DNA from: Turneriellaceae bacterium
GTDB lineage: Bacteria; Spirochaetota; Leptospiria; Turneriellales; JAOUFE01
DNA: 64,000 bases
NCBI GenBank assembly: GCA_050304475.1
Contig: JBNLDQ010000009.1
Span: forward strand, 337,396 to 401,395
Reading direction: 5' to 3'
The notes under the pieces were generated by a model, which saw only the letters and a list, made by a program, of their open reading frames with translations, was not told the DNA's origin and searched no databases. How positions within the stretch are numbered: the stretch's first letter is position 1; every line of letters begins with the position of its first letter. A program made the translations under genes and the position numbers. Positions 47,664 to 55,068 of this stretch are shown here, piece after piece.

Positions 47664-48115
47664 AAGATTTCGTTCTCCGGAATGATCTCACCCTTTTCTT
47701 TTAAACTCCTGATCATCTCAAGAATACTCACCTGAGCTTCTTTATAAAAAGAATCGATCGATTCTGCGACCTTGCGCATGCTTTCCATATCTTCTTTGAG
47801 AATCAGCCCGGTGCGGCGCGAAACATTGGGAAAAACCAATTTTCGAAGTTCCTCGGAGTTCATCATTGCACGGGCAAGCACTTTGTGGTCCGATTCCTTG
47901 CATATTTTCTGAATCGCCAGTTTGCCGTATCGCGTCATTTCTTTCACCAGCATTTTGTTTGTATCTTCCAGAAAAGCAAACGCCTTCGGGTGCCGCTCTT
48001 CTATGGCTTGCCGCAAGACCGCTCTTGTCCTTTGTTCGGAAAAATAATATACATGTATCAGGTCATAGATATCCGAAAAGGTAAGCGTGACCGGTATTTT
48101 AATATGATTGCTCAC
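47657..48115 (-). CDS. Stand-alone FliG C-terminal-domain-like protein
   Basis: Residues ~70-150 (KVLARAMMNSEELRKLVFPNVSRRTGLILKEDMESMRKV...EAQVSILEMIRSLKEKGEII) align by eye with the FliG_C torque-helix region (LALALKGASEELREKI..NMSKRAAEML.EDME.LGPVR..DVEEAQQ.IV...R.LEE.GEI). Confidence 0.5.
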   Translation of the reverse strand: MSNHIKIPVTLTFSDIYDLIHVYYFSEQRTRAVLRQAIEERHPKAFAFLEDTNKMLVKEMTRYGKLAIQKICKESDHKVLARAMMNSEELRKLVFPNVSRRTGLILKEDMESMRKVAESIDSFYKEAQVSILEMIRSLKEKGEIIPENEILK

Positions 48116-48307
48116 TAAATCGTCTCCTTTTCCGTATTCATTTTTTTAATTCTACCCTTTAAATTCATTATTTACTCTTTGTATGACGCAAAGAAAGTAA
48201 AGAATATATCATAAAGACTACCGGTTCACCGTTACAAGGTCATCGCGGCGCGTTTTTGGTAAGCCACTTTCCGTTTTATCGCAATAGAAAAAAGATTCTT
48301 TGGTTTT

Positions 48308-48796
48308 TTAAAAGTCTTTATCTTTGAAAACCGATATTAAGATTCCGTTCTTCTTTTTTTTTATTTGTATTCTTTTTAAATATTCCGGGCGCAGATGCTC
48401 AGGGATACGCCGCGATTGCCATGCCTGTTCTTTTAAAACTTTTTGTTCCGCCTCTTCGGGAAAGGCGGCCGCAATCGCTCTTAGAGCATAAAAAACGCCA
48501 AAGGCATGTTGCGGAACATGCGCCGTTGCAACCGCATGGCCTGCGGCCCGGGCGGCGTTAAAGGCCGGAATATCATTTTTTACATTGCGTGCGGCGGCAT
48601 GGGCGGAAAGAGAGGCGCCTCGAATCACGCTCATTTCAAAAACGCCGGTCTTAACCCAGTTTCGGCACGTTATGATTGCTTTGCGCGGCCTATCGTCTAA
48701 CGGGTAGCCCTTTTCAAATAACGGGAGAACCCGTTCGGCGCAATCGGCTGCCCAAGTTGCCAGAAATTTTTGATCATCCTTACTATATTTTTTCAT
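48308..48796 (-). CDS. Putative immunity-type protein (Imm-5-like; family often mislabelled exonuclease SbcC)
   Basis: The WAADCAERVLPLFEKGYPLDDRPRKAI...RGASLSAHAAARN...AARAAGHAVATAHVPQHA pattern is typical of that family. Start trimmed to ATG 48796. Confidence 0.5.
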   Translation of the reverse strand: MKKYSKDDQKFLATWAADCAERVLPLFEKGYPLDDRPRKAIITCRNWVKTGVFEMSVIRGASLSAHAAARNVKNDIPAFNAARAAGHAVATAHVPQHAFGVFYALRAIAAAFPEEAEQKVLKEQAWQSRRIPEHLRPEYLKRIQIKKKKNGILISVFKDKDF

Positions 48797-48954
48797 TCGT
48801 ATGCCTGAAAAGAACACCGGCTGCCGGGCTCGAAAAAAGCCTCTCGACTCAAGCTGTATGAATTTATAAACAGCCGGAGATTGGGGCGTCAATAATAATA
48901 GTTAAATAATAGATTATCGATACTAAATGCTGACCCTTTTTTTGCGTGCGCGTT

Positions 48955-48982
48955 TTACCCGGCGCATTACTTTGTTCGTTTG
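48955..48982 (+). repeat. 28-nt direct repeat, copy 2
   Basis: ttacccggcgcattactTtgttCgtttg; see 47600-47627. Confidence 0.85.
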
Positions 48983-49046
48983 ATTTGCAGCCAAATGAAA
49001 TGAATAAATGTTTGACACGCGTTGCATTGTCGAACAAAGCAATAGA

Positions 49047-49400
49047 ATGAACGAACATGAGAAAATCAATTACGTGGAATTTCCGTCAAAAGATATTCCT
49101 TTAACCAAAGAATTTTTCACAAATGTTTTTCACTGGCAATTTGAAGATTACGGCCCGGAATACGCGGCCTTTCACAACGCCGGCCTGGAAGGCGGTTTTT
49201 TTCAATCCGACCTTACGTCTTCTGCCAAAAACGGCGGCGCATTGATTGTTTTTTACAGCTCTGACCTTGAATCCACTCAAATTAAAATTACGGATGCGGG
49301 GGGAGCCATTGTAAAACCGATCTTTGAGTTTCCGGGGGGACGGCGGTTCCATTTTTCAGACCCGAACGGCAATGAGTATGCCGTATGGTCTGACAAATGA
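49047..49400 (+). CDS. VOC-family (glyoxalase/bleomycin-resistance fold) protein
   Basis: 117 aa. INYVEFPSKD...FF..VFHWQFEDYGPEYAAF and a C-terminal GGRRFHFSDPNGNEYAVWS. Confidence 0.75.
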   Translation: MNEHEKINYVEFPSKDIPLTKEFFTNVFHWQFEDYGPEYAAFHNAGLEGGFFQSDLTSSAKNGGALIVFYSSDLESTQIKITDAGGAIVKPIFEFPGGRRFHFSDPNGNEYAVWSDK

Positions 49401-49443
49401 GTTTTTCAATTTAGAAGTTTCTTGCTCAGGCGCCTTGCATAGT

Positions 49444-50517
49444 TTACGTTTGATTCGCCCGGACCTTTCCGCTGAATATTCTAACCTGGTTTCTACCGTT
49501 TTCCTTTGCATCGTATAACGCCAAGTCGGCTTTTCTCATTAAATTTTGCAATGTGTCTTCGCCGGAATATTTGGCAACGCCCAGGCTAATGGTTACGTTT
49601 TCATCTATTCCCGCGACCTTGCCGGATTCCATGATTTTCCGTAATTTTTCAGCCAGAATTTTTGTCTGCTTTATATTGATATTGGATGTCAGGATTAAAA
49701 ACTCTTCGCCTCCGATTCTGGCTAAAATATCGGACGTACGAATATTGTTTTTGAGTATCAAAGCGACGCTTTGCAGAACATCATCGCCTTTGATATGACC
49801 GTATTTGTCATTGATGTTTTTAAAATGATCAATGTCAATTTCAATTGCATTTAAATTATATTTGTATCGTTTTGATTTTTCAATTTCCATGGTTGCAACA
49901 TTGAAAAACCCCATTCGGTTCAGGCAATTGGTTAAAAAATCGGTATTGGCGGCTTCTTGCAACTTTAAGTTTGATTCTTGCAAAAGGTACCCGATCTGGC
50001 CGGCGATGTAAATGACAAAAGCGACGATGGTCGAAAAAGCAACCGTCGCATTCACCCACGAGCCGGCAAACGTTGAATACTCATCTTTAAAGCCTTCCGG
50101 TTTCAACACGCCGGTAACGTGAAAGTAACCGACAATCACAATCATGGCAATGGATAAAAAGTACATGAAATAGACTTTGCCTTTCGACAGGAAAACAACG
50201 GATAAAAAAATAAGCAAGGTTAAAAACTCCAGAAAAAATCCGTTCAAACCCAGGTTCACGCCGGCGGCTACGCCAAGGGTGAAAAAAAGAAAAAGAATAA
50301 AATAAACTTTAGAGCGATACGGCAACCTGTTTCTTAAAACGCTGATAATGATAATACATATTGCCAAAAATATGTGAACATGAAAAACAGGCTGCCAACC
50401 GATAGTATAAAAGCGGCCAACGGAACCAATCAGGGCGGGAACGGCAATGATCGCAATAGCAAGTACTATATTGTTAATGATAGAAACCTGAATCGTACGC
50501 AAATTCGAGTTTTTCAT
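49444..50517 (-). CDS. Membrane-bound diguanylate cyclase (GGDEF) with I-site
   Basis: About 6 TMs followed by a GGDEF domain: FLTNCLNRMGF, RTSD (RxxD) five residues before RIGGEEF. Confidence 0.85.
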   Translation of the reverse strand: MKNSNLRTIQVSIINNIVLAIAIIAVPALIGSVGRFYTIGWQPVFHVHIFLAICIIIISVLRNRLPYRSKVYFILFLFFTLGVAAGVNLGLNGFFLEFLTLLIFLSVVFLSKGKVYFMYFLSIAMIVIVGYFHVTGVLKPEGFKDEYSTFAGSWVNATVAFSTIVAFVIYIAGQIGYLLQESNLKLQEAANTDFLTNCLNRMGFFNVATMEIEKSKRYKYNLNAIEIDIDHFKNINDKYGHIKGDDVLQSVALILKNNIRTSDILARIGGEEFLILTSNINIKQTKILAEKLRKIMESGKVAGIDENVTISLGVAKYSGEDTLQNLMRKADLALYDAKENGRNQVRIFSGKVRANQT

Positions 50518-50582
50518 GGCATTTACTTTAATTTAAATTCCAAACAAATTTTCACAGGCAAAACAAAATGATACGGCAAGAT

Positions 50583-50598
50583 GGGGCAAGCCTGCCCC
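50583..50598. repeat. Repeat family 2 core hairpin only
   Basis: GGGGCAagccTGCCCC between the stop at 50612 and the start at 50517 of two minus-strand genes. Confidence 0.7.
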
Positions 50599-50611
50599 CG
50601 CAAATAAAAAG

Positions 50612-51067
50612 CTAGCGGCATGTATCCAATATGTAGCTATTGATCCATTCTTCTGCCGCGCGGCAATTGCAAAAATACCTTTGATTTTCTTTTTGGTGTT
50701 CGCGATCAAGCCGTTGCATTTTGTATTTGTAGTGGTGCACTAACGCCATTGCTTTGCAGGGCGGCAAAGTTGCGTCGTACTCTTTGGCCACGATTTGTTT
50801 ATCGCCGGCCGTCAGCAGAGATACAATTAACCCGTGTTTGGCTAAAAGTATTGGCACAAAATCCCGATACGCCCTGTGCACATCCATGGAGGTTGCGTTA
50901 AAATTATAATTATCAAAAATGAATTTAAAGGGGCGGTCGACCATGTTACTGGCCGCCAATAGTTCTTGTTTCCATTTTTTTACGTCATCAAGCGTAATGG
51001 TTCCTTTTAATTTTGTGGTTAGCTTGCACCTTTTCGGATTCCAGGTCGATTTCACGATGGCTTTCAT
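50612..51067 (-). CDS. Hypothetical protein
   Basis: 151-aa ORF upstream of and co-oriented with the GGDEF gene. No family recognised (possibly STAS-like; not supported). Confidence 0.5.
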   Translation of the reverse strand: MKAIVKSTWNPKRCKLTTKLKGTITLDDVKKWKQELLAASNMVDRPFKFIFDNYNFNATSMDVHRAYRDFVPILLAKHGLIVSLLTAGDKQIVAKEYDATLPPCKAMALVHHYKYKMQRLDREHQKENQRYFCNCRAAEEWINSYILDTCR

Positions 51068-51159
51068 ATTTTACAATATATCTCATGATACAAACAATCA
51101 ACCACTTTCCGTCTGAATTTTGGTTTGAACCGCAATGTCTGTTAAATTTTAAATGAACG

Positions 51160-51225
51160 TTTTACCCGCGAACCCTCCCCCCGCCCAAAAAAGGGAGGGT
51201 GGCCCAAAACGCCCGAAATTTTCAC
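51160..51225 (+). repeat. Repeat family 1 variant (CCCGCCC-A6-GGGAGGG), left flank of the R-M module
   Basis: gttttacccgcgaaccctccccccgcccaaaaaagggagggtggcccaaaacgcccgaaattttcac. About 85% identical by eye to 53354-53420, same orientation. Confidence 0.85.
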
Positions 51226-51332
51226 CCTCGACTGATTAATAAACTAATATTTGAAAAATGAGGCTCTTTTTCGCCTTTTTTAAAATAAAATCGCTTTTCG
51301 GAATTTTTTTTAATTCGCTGCGGTACAAAAGT

Positions 51333-51950
51333 CTATTCGACAATCGTAAAAGTAGACCGCACCAAGGCAGAGTCGGATTCGGAATCAAAGTGCCACCACT
51401 CATGGGGAAGGTGGAAAAAACCGGCGGCTTCCATGGTATTGCGCAAAATCAAACGATTTTCAATTTGAGCCGGCTGTAAAATGCCCTCTTGCAACAAACG
51501 GGCTTCGTGGCGCGGTTCCGCCTTATCCGTAAATTCATCAAAACCGGCGCCCATGTCAAGCTCATGGCCGTTTTCATCGACCAAAGTTAAATCAATGGCA
51601 ACCCCGAAATTGTGCATGGAGCCGCGCTGCGGGTTGGCAACGTATTTTTCCTGGTTGGTATTGACCACCTTGTCCCATAGTTTTTGCTGGGCGGACCGGG
51701 GACGAAGACAATCGAGAAGCAAAAGCTTCAAATGGGGGTATTGATCGCGAAGCAGGTTCAACGCGTTTTGTAATTTTTCGGCGGCGTGAAAGTGCAAAAA
51801 GGCCCGGTCGAATTCACCGTAAATATTTTCATTCATGAAGTTATTCTCCGTCGCATAGCGCAGGTCGATTTGAACGCCTTCGAGAGCGCCAACTTCCACA
51901 AATTCATGGTGGTTTTCCAGAAAACGGTACAACTCAAGCGGCGAATTCAT
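51333..51950 (-). CDS. D-alanyl-D-alanine dipeptidase (VanX/DdpX, M15D family)
   Basis: DLRYATENNFMNENIY, LLDCLRPRSAQQKLWD and GSMHNFGVAIDLTLVDENGHELDMGAGFDEF motifs. ATG 51950 lies 5 nt after the methylase stop, with AAAGGA 9 nt upstream. Confidence 0.8.
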   Translation of the reverse strand: MNSPLELYRFLENHHEFVEVGALEGVQIDLRYATENNFMNENIYGEFDRAFLHFHAAEKLQNALNLLRDQYPHLKLLLLDCLRPRSAQQKLWDKVVNTNQEKYVANPQRGSMHNFGVAIDLTLVDENGHELDMGAGFDEFTDKAEPRHEARLLQEGILQPAQIENRLILRNTMEAAGFFHLPHEWWHFDSESDSALVRSTFTIVE

Positions 51951-51955
51951 CGGGT

Positions 51956-52612
51956 TTATCCTTTGCCGGCCGGCGGCCCTTCGCATTCGGGAACAATAAC
52001 GGATGCCGAGTTATGTTTGTAGGTTGGCCAGTCCGGCTCATAAGCTTCGGCCTGGTTACCCCAGGACGACCACCCCTTGCGCGAGCCCCTGGCAAAAAGC
52101 TCCAGGTAAGGTCCCGGAGAGCATGATTCGATCAATTCGTACTGTTCATCGGGTTTGCGGCTATGCTCTCGTTTTCGCGTAGTCAGAATATTCGCCTGGG
52201 TCCTGCCCGGCGGCAAAGTTCGGGCGTTTTTACCGCGAACGCCAAACAAAATAATTTCGGTAACATTTCTAAAGTAAAACCCCACGCCGCGGCGGTCCGG
52301 CCCGCCATCTTTTCTGACTTTATACCAAATGATGTTCGACTTATACTCAAAACCCCAGGCCCGCAAAACCTGAAGCCCCTCGGGCAAAAGAGCGTTTGGC
52401 ACCCATAGATAGAGATGGGCGGGTTCGGTCACGACCGTTGCCACCGGCAGGTCCATGATCTCTTGCAGAGAGAGGGTGGGGTAACGCGAGAGGCGCTTGT
52501 GCTCGGGGGCCATTTTGCCCGTGCGGTTTGTAAATTGCCAGGGAGGGTCGGCGAGAATGGTTTGAAATTTTTTTCTTTTTAACGCCTTGGTAAAGTCTTC
52601 TTGCGGGGTCAT
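51956..52612 (-). CDS. MT-A70-family DNA methyltransferase
   Basis: Catalytic DPPW motif (ILADPPWQF) and the downstream ...HLYLWVPN... and ...HSRKPDE... pattern of MT-A70 enzymes. Confidence 0.85.
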   Translation of the reverse strand: MTPQEDFTKALKRKKFQTILADPPWQFTNRTGKMAPEHKRLSRYPTLSLQEIMDLPVATVVTEPAHLYLWVPNALLPEGLQVLRAWGFEYKSNIIWYKVRKDGGPDRRGVGFYFRNVTEIILFGVRGKNARTLPPGRTQANILTTRKREHSRKPDEQYELIESCSPGPYLELFARGSRKGWSSWGNQAEAYEPDWPTYKHNSASVIVPECEGPPAGKG

Positions 52613-52613
52613 T

Positions 52614-53276
52614 TTATATTATTCTTTCTGCATCCGATAGCAGTTTGGTCGTGATTCCGAAAACCAGAACGGGGCAGCCCCCGGAACGGCCGGCATCCAA
52701 GCGCGGCAATAGTTTGCTCATATGCGTCGTGCTGGCGCCGTATTTATCTTTGTACCTTCGCACCAAACCGTTTTTATCGGAGTATGTCCCAAGCGAGGCA
52801 AACCAGGAATCGAGGTTGTTGCTGCGCGTAACCAGCACCGCCAGGCTGATTCGATCGTATTCAAAAAAAGTCCGAAAAGCGTAGAGGTCGCGATCAAAGG
52901 TTTGGTCCTTGCTGTTCCATTCCAGATCAAACGCGACGCGGCCTTTTATATAATCAACGCGGTGCGTATCGTGGCTGACAATCTTATTGTCTACTAAAAG
53001 CTGGGCGTTGAGCTGGCGCTCGACCCACCCCTTGGGGCGCAAAATTTCCGAAAAGTTTTTCGGTATTTGGCTTTCGCTCCCGCCCGGTCTGGTTATGTCT
53101 TCGGTTGAGAAGCGAAAGATACGAAGCGCATCGCAGATATCTTCGAATTCTTCTTTAAACTCATGCGCTAAAATTGCCGCCGCATGCCTATAGTCATGAA
53201 CTTCGTATAACTGACATATTTCCTCGGGAATATGCTCGGCCCATGACATCCGGAAAGTTAGGCTGCGGGGGGACAT
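52614..53276 (-). CDS. Type II restriction endonuclease, BamHI/BglII/BstYI-like
   Basis: Core VDYIKGRVAFDLEWNSKDQTFDRDLYAFRTFFEYDRISLAVLVTR aligns by eye with the BamHI catalytic core IDVYK...RVGMEFETGNISSAHRSMNKLLLGLKHGEIDLAIILMP. Its stop is 1 nt from the methylase start. The start may be ATG 53249. Confidence 0.6.
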   Translation of the reverse strand: MSPRSLTFRMSWAEHIPEEICQLYEVHDYRHAAAILAHEFKEEFEDICDALRIFRFSTEDITRPGGSESQIPKNFSEILRPKGWVERQLNAQLLVDNKIVSHDTHRVDYIKGRVAFDLEWNSKDQTFDRDLYAFRTFFEYDRISLAVLVTRSNNLDSWFASLGTYSDKNGLVRRYKDKYGASTTHMSKLLPRLDAGRSGGCPVLVFGITTKLLSDAERII

Positions 53277-53353
53277 ACGGTCAAGCGCATTCGTTCCTTA
53301 CGACCCGCCAGGTACGATTGCCATACAAACGTGAGAAATTGTGCTACCGCCGG

Positions 53354-53420
53354 ATTTTCCCGCAAACCCACCCCCCGCCCAAAAAAAGGGAGGGTGGGGC
53401 AAAACGCCCGGATTTTTCGC
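53354..53420 (+). repeat. Repeat family 1 variant, right flank of the R-M module
   Basis: attttcccgcaaacccaccccccgcccaaaaaaagggagggtggggcaaaacgcccggatttttcgc. Confidence 0.85.
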
Positions 53421-53532
53421 CCTCCGTAAAATAAATCGCAAAATTACAGCTATTTTTTCATGGTATATATAAAAAAGCAAACAGCCTTGACATGCATGGA
53501 TGCAAGCCATGAAAGGCAAGAGACAAATGATA

Positions 53533-53612
53533 AAGGGGCAAGTCTGCCCCTGGCTCCGGCTGCCGGCCTTTAAATCAGGCCGGCGATCCTCCGCCACCCC
53601 GGCGTTATTTTC
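53533..53612 (-). repeat. Intergenic repeat family 2, full copy, inverted
   Basis: The reverse complement gaaaataacgccggggtggcggaggatcgccggcctgatttaaaggccggcagccggagccaGGGGCAgactTGCCCC parallels 12605-12672. Confidence 0.8.
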
Positions 53613-53857
53613 TAGCGATTGGCACAAAAACCATTCGGAAGCCGGGAAAAAATGTAAAGGGGAGCGAAGAATCGCGATTTAAATATTAACTCTCAGTAAA
53701 TGACATCGCGATCGGAGCGGGGGAAAAGAGAAGGGTTCGCACCGGGTATTTAACCCGCTTTTCCCCTATTTTATTATTGGCCATATTATTGGCAAAACCC
53801 TGAATCGTGCAACGATTTTTCGGTTGACTTTTTAGCCGGTGCCCCCGGTTTTCTACC

Positions 53858-54208
53858 GGGCAGGAGGCAACCGCGCGGCCTATGTAAATAGGAGTGAGGA
53901 AAGTCGGACACCTGGGGCAAGGAGACCGGAGAAGTCCGGATCGAAAGATGGAAAGTGCCGCAGAAAATATACCGCCCTGCGCCTTTGGCGCAGGGTAAGG
54001 GTGAAAAGGCGGGGTAAGAGCCCACCGCGTTCCCCGAGAGGGGGACGGCATGGCAAACCCTCTCCGGTGCAATTTCAAGCAGTCCTGAAGCCCCGCGCCA
54101 TTTGGCACAGGGCGGGTAGAAAGCGAAGATGCCGGCCGTATAAGGTCTGTACAAGATAAATGGTTGCCGCCCGGTTTTACCGGGAACAGAATCCGGCTTA
54201 CCCTGCCC
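53858..54208 (+). ncRNA. rnpB: RNase P RNA, bacterial type A
   Basis: Universally conserved blocks GAGGAAAGTC, GGTAAGGGTGAAAAGGCGGGGTAAGAGCCCACCG and ACAGAATCCGGCTTA. P1 is GGGCAGG/CCTGCCC and P2 is GGCAACC/GGTTGCC. End coordinates are accurate to about 5 nt. Confidence 0.9.
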
Positions 54209-54213
54209 TTTTT

Positions 54214-54942
54214 TTAGTTTAGCTCATTGCGGCGCGTTGCTGCAATATCATACCAGTAGGCGACCTTTTTGTTGCGCTTCATAAAATTATCGAAAAAATT
54301 TCGTTCAGCGCCTTTCGGAGTATGCTCTTCTTTCCAGTACACATCCTGTTTGAGCCACATAATATAGGTCTTGTTCGGATATTTTGCGCCTGTCATTTTG
54401 TCGAGAACGGGAAACCCTTTGGTTAAGGTATATGTCCCCTTATCGCGCAGAATAAAGTTTCCGGATTTTTCGACAACCATACAAAGACAATAGACGCCCA
54501 TAAATTTTACTTTACCGGGCTCTGCCTTGATTCTAAACAAATTCTTTGTATTTTCCGTATCAAGATTCACATGATAGATGGTCTCTTGCTTACCTACGGT
54601 CTGAACCAGACGAATGTAGTTGAGTACGTACTCTTTTCCTGGCTCGAAGTTGGACTCGACCAGATAGACGCGGCCGATCCCCTGATTTATGTTTTCTTTG
54701 GATGAAACCGCCACAGTCTTACCGCCGTTGATTTCCGAATACGAAGCGGCTACAATTCTGACGCCGTCAACCGGAATGGGGTAAGGCTTGGAAGGATCCA
54801 GCTTTGCCATGAAGATTCCGAACCCCACAGCCCCCGGTTTTTGCCCGTCTTCGGGCGCTTTGAGTTTTTTTGCCGCCGCCGGTTCCCAGGCGGCAATCAG
54901 GAATACCAGCATTACCGGCATCGCTTTTTTAAATAGATTCAT
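54214..54942 (-). CDS. Hypothetical secreted protein
   Basis: 242 aa with a signal peptide (MPVMLVFLIAAWEPAAA). No family recognised. Confidence 0.6.
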   Translation of the reverse strand: MNLFKKAMPVMLVFLIAAWEPAAAKKLKAPEDGQKPGAVGFGIFMAKLDPSKPYPIPVDGVRIVAASYSEINGGKTVAVSSKENINQGIGRVYLVESNFEPGKEYVLNYIRLVQTVGKQETIYHVNLDTENTKNLFRIKAEPGKVKFMGVYCLCMVVEKSGNFILRDKGTYTLTKGFPVLDKMTGAKYPNKTYIMWLKQDVYWKEEHTPKGAERNFFDNFMKRNKKVAYWYDIAATRRNELN

Positions 54943-55068
54943 TTGTTCCTCCTGAATTCATATGCCTTTAACAAATAAAGACATTTATTGCCGGTATAAC
55001 GCTGCCACCCATATTCAAATCGCATAGCACATTTTATTTCATTTTGAAAATATATAATATCGCCCGAA

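Noticed and set aside
53298-53627. 109-aa minus-strand ORF in the long non-coding tract
   Set aside because: It runs straight through the family 1 and family 2 repeat copies. It has a low-complexity, Cys/Gly/Pro-rich translation and no ribosome-binding site that I can see.
53686-54159. Three overlapping ORFs of 106-140 aa (53686..54108 -, 53786..54154 -, 53839..54159 +)
   Set aside because: They lie on top of the RNase P RNA gene and its GC-rich flank. The peptides are Arg/Pro/Gly-rich with no recognisable motifs, typical of spurious ORFs in structured-RNA genes.
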